Positions 18,335 to 27,893 are shown, numbered from the stretch's first letter. The stretch: DNA of 64,000 nucleotides from an uncultured Christensenellaceae bacterium (GCA_944380305.1 CALWHF010000002.1:14877-78876), one strand, 5' to 3'. Numbers and translations: made by a program. The notes: generated by a model not told the origin, from the sequence alone.

Positions 18335-21064
18335 TCAGTCTATCGTAACGATGACGATCGCCCTTGCAGAGCCGTTCGTGAACACTATGACCGCAGTTCC
18401 TTCGGTATTGAGGTTTCCGCATATCTTAAAATCCGTTGCGGTCTCGCCTTCGGCAAGGTCGTTCGTGGCGGTTATCGTTTTGAGAGTGCCGTTTTCGTCA
18501 ACATACTGTGCAATCGCCGTAACTTTCGCACCCGGAGCAATCTCGATCGGAGCGGTCGCGGGATAGATCAGCTTCTTGAGCACGGCGTTCCTGATAGCGT
18601 GATCTCCGCTTACCACAGCGAAATCTTCGCCGAGCTTTTCTGCGAGCGTCTGTCCCATCGCATCTGCAGCGACGTACTGAGAATACTCTTTATCCGTTCT
18701 GTTATCGCTGTCGCCGAGAGCCTCGTCGTGATAATAGACGTTTGAGAGCGTCGAGTTCTCCGCAACGTATCCGACAAAACCGCCGTCGCCGTTAGCGGCT
18801 GTGCCGGTGGTTATGCCGCCGATACTGTACGAATCGGATATGACGGACGCGTTGTAACCCGCAAAGCCGCCGACATACTCTGGAGACGTCGCCTTGACGT
18901 TGGCGTAAGACGCGTCGATCGTGCCTTCGTTCATTCCAACGAATCCGCCTACCGCAACGCCGTCGTTCTTACCCGAAGCAGATACGGTATTGCGTTTCGA
19001 ATAGTCGTTGCTGTAATTTGCTCCTGCATAGGAAACGGTTATTATGCCCTTGTTCACGGCAACGAAACCGCCTGCGTGGTTGGGAGCGTCGAGCTCGACA
19101 GCCGAAGTCAAAACGACATTGCCTATCGCGTAACAACCCGTTACGGTGCCCTCGTTGACGGCAACAAAACCGCCCGCATAAGAAATCTTCGGAGTCCTGG
19201 TCTCGTCTTCTGCGGTCTCTGCCTTGGCGGTAACGTTTCCTCTCGAACCCGAATAGGAAACGATTGCGCCGTTTGCGTTCATGCCAGCGACGCCGCCTGC
19301 CACAGTCGCGCTGACGTCGGTATAAGAAATGGTCGAAATGATCGTTCCGTTGTTTATACCCGCAATACCGCCCGCGGTAGCGTAGGATGCATCGATACTT
19401 CCCGTCACTATGCTGTCGGCAATCTCGCCGTTATTTATACCTGCGATCGCGCCGCAATAGGTCGCCGAGGTATTCTTCACGGTCACGTTGAGGAGTCTCA
19501 GCGACTGTACGACCGCACCCTGCTTTACCGTGCCGAAGAAACCGACGTTCGCGCCCTCTCCTATTATCACGCAATCGGTGATAACGAAGTTCTCGCCGTA
19601 ATATTTGCCACCAAACTCGTCGACGCAAAGCCATTCGTAATTTTCGAAATCGATGTTAGCCGTCTGTCTGTACGTCGCATCTGGTTCTTTTACGATATAT
19701 GCAAGCTCTGATGCGCTACCGATAAGATATGCGCCGTCGCTGTCTTTCTGCGGCATTTTATAGCTGAGATATTCGTCTTCCGCGGTCACGGAATTACCCG
19801 CAATGACGCCGTTGCCGCTGCGGGAGATCGACAGTTCTGCGGTGAAACGCTTACCGTAATATGCATCGTTGAGAAGATACTCTACGACGCCGTCTTCTCC
19901 TATTGTACGGAATTTATCGTCGATGACGTAGGTATATGTCTTGATACCGTCGCCTTCGGTTACAGTTAGTTTTTCCATATCCGTTTCGCTGGACAGGTTG
20001 AACGTGATCCTCTGTGCCGAAAGCAATGCGTCCCCGTCAGAATCGTAAGGCGTAAGCACGAGAGAGAACGAACCGACTAACTCAAGCTGTTCGTCTGTAA
20101 GCGTCCAGCTTGCCACAGTCGTTCCGTCGTCTTTCTCCGCGAGAGCAAGACCGTCTTCATCAAGCGAAGCGAGTTTATATATAACGTAATCGTCGCTTGC
20201 ATCGGTCATCGGACTGTCCTGATATACGTCGCCGTCGCCAACGGTTTTGATATGCACGGTATATGCACCAGGAACTTCTATATTGAAATTAGAAAGCAGA
20301 ACGCTGACGCTGGTGCTTGTCGTAGCGTTGACGCTGACACTGTAAACCAGATCTGCATTATCCTTGTTTCTCGCCTCAAGATAGTAGGACTTAGCGTTGG
20401 AAACGCTGTTCCAGTACACTCTCGTGCTTGTGATACTTGTAAGAACCGGAGACGACAGCGTTGCGGAATTAACGAATACGCAAGCGTTGCTGTACGCGCT
20501 GTCTCTGCTCTCGGAATCGGTTGCCGCGACTGCCTTTACCTCGATAGTAAAGCTGCCGGGCTTTGTATACTCTTCTTTTTCGAGGGTGTACGAAGTGGAT
20601 TGGGTATCCGTCATCTCGATGACGGCGTCATCTGCACTGATGTCTTTATCCGTATACCTTACTCTGACGGTATATCCGACCGCACCTTCGACCGCGTTCC
20701 AGCTGACGACTTTGGAGATCTCGTCGTAGGTAACTTCGGGGGTCGCGAGCATACTGCTCACGACGTAGGTGTACGTTTCGCTGTAATCGCTGTAAACGTC
20801 GCCCTTTTTTGCCCTCACGCGTATGTCGTAGCTGCCCGTAGACTCGACTTCCACAAAGAAAGTCGTCTTTTTCGTCTCGAATTTGCCGAGATTCTTGACG
20901 TCGACCTCGTAGCTTTCTGCTCCGTCGACTGCCTGCCAACTGAGTACGTTGCCGCTCATGTCCAGATTCATAGGCGCAACCAGCGTATCCTCGCACGCGA
21001 CGAAAGCGAGCACGAGGACCGCAACAAGCAGGATTATCGTTGTTATGGCAATTTTGTTTTTCAT
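18335..21064 (-). CDS. large surface lipoprotein with Fn3/Ig-like modules and about eight GLUG-motif repeats
   Basis: Start at MKNKIAITTIILLVAVLVLAFVAC (lipobox; ATG 21062-21064). Repeated SW(Q/N)AV(D/E)GA..Y.V modules are followed by GGIAGINNG, GGVAGMNANG, GGFVAVNEG, GGFVAVNKG, GGFVGMNEG, GGFAGYNAS and GGFVGYVAEN (GLUG-type repeats). Confidence 0.75.
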   Translation of the reverse strand: MKNKIAITTIILLVAVLVLAFVACEDTLVAPMNLDMSGNVLSWQAVDGAESYEVDVKNLGKFETKKTTFFVEVESTGSYDIRVRAKKGDVYSDYSETYTYVVSSMLATPEVTYDEISKVVSWNAVEGAVGYTVRVRYTDKDISADDAVIEMTDTQSTSYTLEKEEYTKPGSFTIEVKAVAATDSESRDSAYSNACVFVNSATLSSPVLTSITSTRVYWNSVSNAKSYYLEARNKDNADLVYSVSVNATTSTSVSVLLSNFNIEVPGAYTVHIKTVGDGDVYQDSPMTDASDDYVIYKLASLDEDGLALAEKDDGTTVASWTLTDEQLELVGSFSLVLTPYDSDGDALLSAQRITFNLSSETDMEKLTVTEGDGIKTYTYVIDDKFRTIGEDGVVEYLLNDAYYGKRFTAELSISRSGNGVIAGNSVTAEDEYLSYKMPQKDSDGAYLIGSASELAYIVKEPDATYRQTANIDFENYEWLCVDEFGGKYYGENFVITDCVIIGEGANVGFFGTVKQGAVVQSLRLLNVTVKNTSATYCGAIAGINNGEIADSIVTGSIDASYATAGGIAGINNGTIISTISYTDVSATVAGGVAGMNANGAIVSYSGSRGNVTAKAETAEDETRTPKISYAGGFVAVNEGTVTGCYAIGNVVLTSAVELDAPNHAGGFVAVNKGIITVSYAGANYSNDYSKRNTVSASGKNDGVAVGGFVGMNEGTIDASYANVKATSPEYVGGFAGYNASVISDSYSIGGITTGTAANGDGGFVGYVAENSTLSNVYYHDEALGDSDNRTDKEYSQYVAADAMGQTLAEKLGEDFAVVSGDHAIRNAVLKKLIYPATAPIEIAPGAKVTAIAQYVDENGTLKTITATNDLAEGETATDFKICGNLNTEGTAVIVFTNGSARAIVIVTID

Positions 21065-21311
21065 AGATACTTCCTTGATTGTCCGCATTTTTGTCAAACT
21101 ATGCATAACTATCATAACAAAGTTCGACATAAATTACAAGTATTATAATATTATTATTTTTATAATACACAATAATATCCGTCGGATCGCGCGGCTTAAG
21201 TAGCTATCGCCAAATCCGCGACACTCTCCGAAAATGTTGCCGCGAAAACCTCGTACCGATAACGCGCGGCTTAGCGTTGACTTATTTATCGCAGTGTGAT
21301 ATAGTGAAACT

Positions 21312-22286
21312 ATGGCTGAAAAAAGACATATCTCCCAAAAAGATCTGCTCGCCGAAGACAAAAAACCTCTGTCCGAAAGGACTGCAGAGGAAGCCGGTGC
21401 CACACCTGCAAGCGCGAGTGTAGACAAAAAGAAGAAGGAAAAATCTCATATCCTCCCCGTTTCGGATACAATGGAATATCCCGAAAACGAGGACGAGCAC
21501 ATGATGGAGAGCAATACTTTCCTCGACGTCGTGTTTGATGAAAATTTCGAATACATCATCAGAAATCCGATCAAAAAATTCTTCGGTTGTCTGCTGTGGA
21601 TGTTCGGCATGACCCTGCTCCCTATCGTGACTTTCTTCATGTACGGTTTCAAGGTCAAAAATAAAAAATATATAAGACGCATAATCAAATCGGGATCGGG
21701 CGCACTGACTGTCAGCAACCACGTTCATATGATGGACTGCGTCATGGCTTGCCAGACCAACTGGCCCAAGATGAGCTACCTTCCCACCCTGCACACAACT
21801 TTCCAGCTGCCGTACGTCAGGCACATCGTTCACCTTCTCAATGCTTTCCCGATACCCAACACTACGGCGGGAACAAAGAAATTCATCGAAGAGATGGACG
21901 GGCTTCTCAAACGCGGCAAATTCGTGCACTTCTTCCCTGAAGGTGCGCTGTGGCCGTGGTACGACAAGATCAGGACGTTCAAGCCGGGAGCTTTCCACTT
22001 CGCGGTGAAAAACAACGTACCCGTCATACCACTCGCCATCAAATACCGCCCGCGTAAACTTACAAAGATATTCAGCAAACACCCGCTCGTCAGCATAGAG
22101 GTCTTGCCTCCCGTATATCCGAATACCGAGTTGCCTGCCAAAAAGAGCGTATACGATCTTACAATGCGCGTACATGACGCGATTGCTCAGTGCGTTGAAT
22201 ACAACAACGAAAAATACTTTACCCAGAAAGTAAACAAAAAAAGATTCTGGCAACGCTCTCCAAAAGAAGAAAACAAAACCGAATAA
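21312..22286 (+). CDS. plsC: 1-acyl-sn-glycerol-3-phosphate (lysophospholipid) acyltransferase family protein
   Basis: NHVHMMD (the HX4D catalytic motif) and FFPEGALWP (FPEG motif). A hydrophilic N-terminal extension is followed by one TM. Confidence 0.75.
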   Translation: MAEKRHISQKDLLAEDKKPLSERTAEEAGATPASASVDKKKKEKSHILPVSDTMEYPENEDEHMMESNTFLDVVFDENFEYIIRNPIKKFFGCLLWMFGMTLLPIVTFFMYGFKVKNKKYIRRIIKSGSGALTVSNHVHMMDCVMACQTNWPKMSYLPTLHTTFQLPYVRHIVHLLNAFPIPNTTAGTKKFIEEMDGLLKRGKFVHFFPEGALWPWYDKIRTFKPGAFHFAVKNNVPVIPLAIKYRPRKLTKIFSKHPLVSIEVLPPVYPNTELPAKKSVYDLTMRVHDAIAQCVEYNNEKYFTQKVNKKRFWQRSPKEENKTE

Positions 22287-22292
22287 CGACAT

Positions 22293-22316
22293 CCGCCGCA
22301 ACCGCGGCGGTTTTTT
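22293..22316 (+). terminator. intrinsic terminator of plsC
   Basis: Stem CCGCCGC / GCGGCGG, a 4-nt loop, then a T6 run. Confidence 0.8.
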
Positions 22317-22531
22317 ATGCTCTGTACCCGCTTTTCCGCAACACGCAAAAAGATCACGGTATTCCCACTCCGTACGATCCCGCGATCTCCCTGCTAAGTT
22401 ATAAAAGTAAATATGCCGAAGGCGAACAGGACGAGGCGAGGCTCGGGACTGACCGCTTTTCCCTCAGACGCGACAAACGACGCAGTCAATACTCTTGCCG
22501 AATAAGCATCACTAATAAAAAAAATATGGAT

Positions 22532-22691
22532 TGCCGAAGGGAGAGGGTGCGAACGCGGGTGTGAAAGTGAGGATTTGCGGCTGTACGCGAAAAGGTCGCG
22601 GGGTAATACCAGCCGTATTATCCTGCGAACTTGACAAAGTACAGGCACAAAACAGCCTTTCACACACCGTGAGCACCCTCTCCCTTCGGCA
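22532..22691. ncRNA. ~160-nt highly structured element (candidate small RNA or elaborate 3'-UTR structure); class and strand unresolved
   Basis: Perfect 19-bp inverted repeat TGCCGAAGGGAGAGGGTGC (22532-22550) / GCACCCTCTCCCTTCGGCA (22673-22691). A second inner helix pairs GGTGTGAAAG with CTTTCACACACC, and there are internal hairpins (CGCGA-AAAGG-TCGCG; CGGCTG/CAGCCG). It lies between convergent genes. On the minus strand a T8 run follows 7 nt after the closing stem. Confidence 0.4.
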
Positions 22692-22692
22692 G

Positions 22693-22729
22693 AAAAACAA
22701 AAAAACAGGCCGGGATGACTCCCGACCTG
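22693..22729 (-). terminator. intrinsic terminator of the GH3 gene
   Basis: Stem CAGGTCGGG / CCCGGCCTG (minus-strand sense, one mismatch), followed by TTTTTTTGTTTTT. Confidence 0.7.
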
Positions 22730-22748
22730 CCTTTTAGAAGGGGGTAGG

Positions 22749-25169
22749 CTATTTTTTAATAGCCTTGAGTAAAGCAAATAAACCTTTGAAGAAATGACCG
22801 TTCATCATTATCACGATGCCGTCGACCATCTTCATGTTGAACATGCCCTGCGAGCTGAACGCCAACGATCTGAGAGGCGACGTCTTCATGACCTCGTATA
22901 TCATCAGGTAGTTGGGATCGTACTTATCCGCATTCATGGACATGCGTATCATCGGCTTCATAAACTTGAGCATAAAGCTTGCAAGTCCGCTCGTATTTGC
23001 CATATCCTCAAAACTGTCGTCAGAGGTAAACGAGCCTTTTTTGCATTCGTGCTCTACGCGCGTTATTTCACCGCCGTTGAAAAGAGACTTGAAGTCGTCG
23101 TCGGATACGGGTTTTTTGACGTCGGGCGAGAAATACCAACCTTTCGCTACAGGTTTGATCTTCTCGCTGTCTACGCCGCTGACCGACACCGTCTGCCTGA
23201 GCTTGAGCTCTCTGACGTTTCCGCCGACCGCAATCTCGTATTCGCCGCTCTCGACCATCCAATTCTTTTCATTAACATCATAAAACGCAAACGCTCTTTT
23301 GTCAAGCACAAAAGATACCGTTGCCGAACTTTTCGCCTTGACTTCGACCTTTTCGAAAGCACGGAGCTGCAATTTGGGCATATATACCGCCTTGCTCGAA
23401 TGCAGGACGTAAAGCTGAACTATCTCTTTTCCGTCCCTGTCGCCCGTGTTCTCTACGGTAACGGTAACCGTCACAGTACCGTCTGAGTCTATCTTCGTCT
23501 TGTCGACCTGAATGTCTTTGTATGTAAAATTAGTATAAGACAGACCGAAACCGAACGGAAAAAGCACCGGAGCGTCCACGCTCTCGAAATATCTGTAACC
23601 GACGTATAGTCCTTCGCGGTATTCCACGTTGTATCTTTCGCCGGGGAAATACGCCGTTGAAGGAATGTGTGCCAGCTTGAGCGGATAGGTCTCCGCGAGT
23701 TTACCGCTCGGGTTGACTTTGCCGTAAAGCACGTCAACGGTCGCTCCTCCGCTGTTCTGTCCCGCAAGTCCCGTCAAAAGCACGCCTCTGACTTCGTCTA
23801 TCCACGGCATTGTGACGACCGAACCGCAGCTCAGTACCACGATGACGTTCTTGTTGACCTTTGCTATCTCGGAGATAAGAGTGTTGTGAGTCGAAGGCAT
23901 TTCCATATCCTTGCGGTCGAAGCCCTCTGCCTCGTACTCTCCCGGAAGTCCCGCAAATATAACGACCTTGTCGAAATCCTTAGCCCTCGCGACAGCCTTT
24001 GCGATCAGCTTGGAGCATTCCTTGCGGGTCTTTTTGTAATATCCCTCTTCGAACCCGAAAGCTATTCCTTCTTCTTCTAGAGCGTCGAGCGCGGAAGTTA
24101 TCTTGTGACAGTTGATAAACGAACTTCCCGCACCCTGGAATCTCGGATTGCGCGCCATATCTCCGACAACGAGAATTTTATCCTTTTTGCCGAGCGGGAG
24201 GATCTTGTTTTTGTTTTTGAGGAGCACGCAGCAGTCTGCCGCCGCCTTCCTCGCGAATTCGTCGTGTTCTTTTATATCGTATGTCGCACCCTTTTTGCGT
24301 TTGCCGTCGAGTTCGAAAACCACTTCGAGAATGCGGTCTACCCTTTCGTCGAGTACTTTCTCGTCGAGTTTCCCCGCCTTGACCGCCTCGACGATGACCT
24401 CGTCGTTCATGCCGCCGCTGCTGGGCATTTCGACGTGCATACCTGCCGCAACGCCTTCCGCACGGTGATTGACCGCGCCCCAGTCACTGACGACCAGACC
24501 GTCGAATCCCCATTCTTTGACGAGAATATCGTCGAGCAGATGCACGTTCTCGGTAGCGGACTGACCGTTGACGAGATTGTACGACGCCATGACCGTGGCG
24601 GGTTTGCTCTTTTTTACTATCTTCTCGAACGCGGGAAGATAAATCTCTCTCATCGTACGCTCGTCAACGACTGCGTTGACCGACATACGGTAGGTCTCCT
24701 GATTGTTGATAGCGTAATGCTTTACCGATGCGCCGATGCCCTGCGAATCCAGTCCTTCGACGAAAGCCGCGCCCAACTCTCCGCTCAGATACGGATCCTC
24801 GGAATAATATTCGAAATTTCTGCCGCAAAGAGGCGAACGCTTGATATTGACGCCTGGACCGAGAACGACCTGTACCCCCTCTTTCTGAGCCTCTTCTCCG
24901 ATACGCTTGCCTATCTCTCTGACGAGATCCCTGTCCCACGAGCACGCCGTGGAACAAGCCAGCGGAAAACAGGTCGCGTCTACGGATACGTTCATCTTGG
25001 TGCTTACGCCCGAATCCTGCTGAGTTCTGAGACCGTGTGGACCGTCCGAAACCATTATCGAAGGGATACCGAGTCTCTCGATACCCTTGAAATGCCACAT
25101 ATCCTTGCCCGAGCACAGGGACGCTTTTTCTTCCAAAGTCATTTTTGCGATCAAATCTGCGTATTTCAT
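22749..25169 (-). CDS. glycoside hydrolase family 3 beta-glucosidase (BglX-like) with a C-terminal extension
   Basis: 806 aa. MTLEEKASLCSGKDMWHFKGIERLGIPSIMVSDGPHGLR, GVQVVLGPGVNIKRSPLCGRNFEYYSEDP and VVSDWGA are typical GH3 motifs. An Fn3-like domain is also present. Confidence 0.9.
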   Translation of the reverse strand: MKYADLIAKMTLEEKASLCSGKDMWHFKGIERLGIPSIMVSDGPHGLRTQQDSGVSTKMNVSVDATCFPLACSTACSWDRDLVREIGKRIGEEAQKEGVQVVLGPGVNIKRSPLCGRNFEYYSEDPYLSGELGAAFVEGLDSQGIGASVKHYAINNQETYRMSVNAVVDERTMREIYLPAFEKIVKKSKPATVMASYNLVNGQSATENVHLLDDILVKEWGFDGLVVSDWGAVNHRAEGVAAGMHVEMPSSGGMNDEVIVEAVKAGKLDEKVLDERVDRILEVVFELDGKRKKGATYDIKEHDEFARKAAADCCVLLKNKNKILPLGKKDKILVVGDMARNPRFQGAGSSFINCHKITSALDALEEEGIAFGFEEGYYKKTRKECSKLIAKAVARAKDFDKVVIFAGLPGEYEAEGFDRKDMEMPSTHNTLISEIAKVNKNVIVVLSCGSVVTMPWIDEVRGVLLTGLAGQNSGGATVDVLYGKVNPSGKLAETYPLKLAHIPSTAYFPGERYNVEYREGLYVGYRYFESVDAPVLFPFGFGLSYTNFTYKDIQVDKTKIDSDGTVTVTVTVENTGDRDGKEIVQLYVLHSSKAVYMPKLQLRAFEKVEVKAKSSATVSFVLDKRAFAFYDVNEKNWMVESGEYEIAVGGNVRELKLRQTVSVSGVDSEKIKPVAKGWYFSPDVKKPVSDDDFKSLFNGGEITRVEHECKKGSFTSDDSFEDMANTSGLASFMLKFMKPMIRMSMNADKYDPNYLMIYEVMKTSPLRSLAFSSQGMFNMKMVDGIVIMMNGHFFKGLFALLKAIKK

Positions 25170-25344
25170 CTGCTTCTCCCTCTTTATATCGTTACGCGCG
25201 CCTCGTCGCGCACGCGTGTATCAAAAAAATGTTGCGATTTTGCAAAAATTTCGATTTTTACAAAATCAACTGACACATATTGTCGTATTATATCTTCTAT
25301 TATGAAGATACAAACAACGAAATCCCCCGAGGAGGACTTATTAT

Positions 25345-25596
25345 ATGTTATATCAGACTTACGGTAACTTCGATGCAAACGTACTCGACGCAGGATGTCG
25401 CGTTCCCCGCAGCGGAATGAGCAACGCCGACAAAATATTTGCCCGCGCGATAGTCAAAAGACAACTGCTCGTCATCAAAGACCTTATGGCTCTGAGCAAG
25501 ACCTATCCCGATCTGATCGACAAGGACGTTACGGGCGGACTTTACGCTCTTTACACCCTGCTCGAGGACAACGTGAACTCAATTGTTTCCCGCTAA
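25345..25596 (+). CDS. small hypothetical protein (83 aa)
   Basis: Strong RBS GAGGAGGA 8 nt upstream of the ATG. I recognise no motif. Its 3' end overlaps the convergent XRE gene by 18 nt. Confidence 0.45.
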   Translation: MLYQTYGNFDANVLDAGCRVPRSGMSNADKIFARAIVKRQLLVIKDLMALSKTYPDLIDKDVTGGLYALYTLLEDNVNSIVSR

Positions 25597-25791
25597 GACG
25601 TGACCGAGCAGCTCGTCAGTCGTGACACCGAGAAAAGCCGCGATCTTGCAAAGGCACAGGAGTGAGGGTTCGCTCTCACCTTTTTCGTAATGCGAGACGG
25701 TGCGTTGCGAGACGCCGATCTCAGCCGCGATTTTCTGTTGCGAGATATTCTTGACCTTGCGCAACTTTTTCAGATTTTTCCCGAATTCCAT
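25579..25791 (-). CDS. XRE-family helix-turn-helix protein (70 aa)
   Basis: MEFGKNLKKLRKVKNISQQKIAAEIGVSQRTVSHYEKGESEPSL is a canonical Cro/C1 HTH. Start set at ATG 25789-25791 with a GGAG RBS. Confidence 0.8.
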   Translation of the reverse strand: MEFGKNLKKLRKVKNISQQKIAAEIGVSQRTVSHYEKGESEPSLLCLCKIAAFLGVTTDELLGHVLAGNN

Positions 25792-26377
25792 ATCAATATT
25801 ACTCCGCACACGGTGCGCCCTTCCGAAATTGTAATACGAATTTTATGCATATTCTTCGTACCGATTTCATTATAGCACAGGTATTTTGATAATTTCAATG
25901 TATTTGTCATTTTTTTTGCAAAAAAACAACCCTATTTTATACATATAAGTACGGCAACAATCTCTAAAACCCGCCCGGTCAGCACTTTCCCGACGGCAGC
26001 AAAACCCTGTCGCTTTGTGCTCGAATGACGTTTTAGCACGAAAAACGGCATTTACACGTCGGCTTCGAAATACAAAACGTACATAAAATCATACCGTTTA
26101 GTCCATATAATTTCCGTAATCTGCGATATTTGTCTCCGCCGACGGACAGCGACGGACGTCGCTGTCGCGATCACACGAAAACGGGCATGGTCAAACGTAG
26201 CCCGAAAGTCATAATTTCACCAAACGGGTGTGTTTTTTTCAGAAAAATGCAGTTCTCCGTATTATTTTCAATACCTTTTGCCCGAATAACGGCCAGACTG
26301 CGGTTAACCCGCCTGCCGCCCGCCGATATTGAATAAATATGCAGTCTCTGCTCAAGTTTTATGCACCGTTTTTATCT

Positions 26378-26406
26378 AAAAAAAGACGGACGCTTTCGCG
26401 CCCGTC
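26378..26406 (-). terminator. intrinsic terminator of rho
   Basis: Minus-strand stem GACGGGCGC / GCGTCCGTC (one mismatch), loop GAAA, then a T7 run. Confidence 0.75.
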
Positions 26407-26426
26407 CAGAAAACGTACTTCCTGTC

Positions 26427-27893
26427 TTATTTTCTGAAGCTGAATCCCTCTTTTTCCCATCTGGTCACCTGCGACAGGATTATGCCGATAAACTCGTCGT
26501 TGTTCTTTGTCTTTACGATATAGTCGATAAGCTTTTCGGTAGCCTCCTGACTGTCCATCGAGCTTATCATCTTTCTCATTGCGAATACGCCTTCAAGCTC
26601 TTTCTGCGTCAGCAACAGATCTTCTCTTCTCGTGCTCGATCTGTTTAGATCTATCGCGGGGAACACTCTTCTCTCGCTCATCTTGCGGTCGAGATGAATC
26701 TCCATATTGCCCGTGCCCTTGAATTCTTCGTATATTACGTCGTCCATACGGCTGCCCGTATCGATAAGCGCGGTCGCGATTATCGTCAGACTGCCGCCGT
26801 TTTCGATATTTCTCGCGCTGCCGAAAAATCTCTTGGGGCTGTGCAGCGCGCCCGGATCTATACCGCCCGAAAGCGTCCTGCCCGTGGGAGGAATGGTCAT
26901 ATTGTACGCTCTAGCGAGCCTCGTCAGCGAGTCCATGATTATCACTACGTCCTTACCCAGCTCGACGTTGCGTTTCGCTCTCTCGATAAGGAGTTCAGCC
27001 GACTTGCAATGGTGTTCGGGAGTCTCGTCGAAAGTGGAATATATGACCTCGCCGTTTATGCTCCTCTGCATGTCCGTGACCTCTTCAGGTCTCTCGTCCA
27101 CGAGAAGGACGAAGAGCATGACGTCGGGGTAATTCAGAGAAATACTGTTGGCTATCTTCTTCAGGAGCGTGGTCTTGCCTGCTTTGGGCGGCGAAACGAT
27201 CATCGCTCTCTGTCCCTTGCCTATAGGCGCGATCAGGTCGATGCACCTTATCGCGAAATCGCTCTTGCCCGTCTTGAGCTCGAGTCTGAGTCTTTCGTCG
27301 GGGTAAATCGGCACGAGATTGTCGAAATTGGGTCTCTGGCGCAGGTTTTCGGGAGGATTGCCGTTGACTTCGTCCACCGCTACGAGCGCGGGAGGCTTGT
27401 TCTCGGCATTGCGACGCGCTCTGCCCGACACTTTGTCGCCGGCGCGCAGTCCCACCGTCTTGATCAGCTTTGCCGAGACGTAGGTATCCTTGTTGCCGTA
27501 CTCGCAGTTTTCCGCTCTCAGGAAGCCGTATCCGTCGGGATGGATGTCGAGGACGCCGTGCTTTTCCTCAAGCTCGTTCTCAGGATTTTCCTCCTGCTGA
27601 GGCGCGGGCTGAGACAAATCTCTGTCGGGTCTCTGTTTCTTAGCCGCGTCGTCAGAAGTCTTTTCGTTCTTTTCGGCAGGCTCGAGATCTCTCGGCTTGT
27701 TTACGGGACGACGACCGCGCGTACTTCTCGTGGGCTGTATTTCACCTTCCACAATACCGCGATACTGCGCGATTATCTCTTCTTTCTTTTTCGAAGTCGG
27801 CGAGCTCACGCCTATTTCGCGAGCGACTTCTCTCAATTGAAAAACGGTCATTTTATTCAACTCGTCCTCGGTGTAGAATTTTTTGTCGGTCAT
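26427..27893 (-). CDS. rho: transcription termination factor Rho
   Basis: Rho_N-like segment LNKMTVFQLREVAREIG, an OB/CSD segment and the P-loop PPKAGKTTLLK. The C-terminus is typical of Rho. Start at MTDKKFY (ATG 27891-27893, RBS AGGAGA). Confidence 0.92.
   Translation of the reverse strand: MTDKKFYTEDELNKMTVFQLREVAREIGVSSPTSKKKEEIIAQYRGIVEGEIQPTRSTRGRRPVNKPRDLEPAEKNEKTSDDAAKKQRPDRDLSQPAPQQEENPENELEEKHGVLDIHPDGYGFLRAENCEYGNKDTYVSAKLIKTVGLRAGDKVSGRARRNAENKPPALVAVDEVNGNPPENLRQRPNFDNLVPIYPDERLRLELKTGKSDFAIRCIDLIAPIGKGQRAMIVSPPKAGKTTLLKKIANSISLNYPDVMLFVLLVDERPEEVTDMQRSINGEVIYSTFDETPEHHCKSAELLIERAKRNVELGKDVVIIMDSLTRLARAYNMTIPPTGRTLSGGIDPGALHSPKRFFGSARNIENGGSLTIIATALIDTGSRMDDVIYEEFKGTGNMEIHLDRKMSERRVFPAIDLNRSSTRREDLLLTQKELEGVFAMRKMISSMDSQEATEKLIDYIVKTKNNDEFIGIILSQVTRWEKEGFSFRK

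Noticed and set aside
22532-22691. Interpretation of the 160-nt inverted-repeat element as a MITE
   Set aside because: I saw no target-site duplication at the ends, and I found no second copy in the window. It is kept as a structured-RNA candidate, but a DNA-level repeat cannot be excluded without the whole genome.
22394-22777. 127-aa ORF (-) and 62-68-aa ORFs spanning the structured element
   Set aside because: They run through a terminator and a 19-bp inverted repeat. The mirrored peptide words (PKGEG / PLPSA) are the translation of the two repeat arms, not coding signal.
24105-25367. 420-aa ORF on the plus strand (and 22794-23486)
   Set aside because: Both are antisense to the GH3 beta-glucosidase gene.
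25345-25791. Small ORF plus XRE protein as a toxin-antitoxin pair
   Set aside because: The genes are convergent rather than co-transcribed, and the 83-aa protein shows no toxin motif I recognise.
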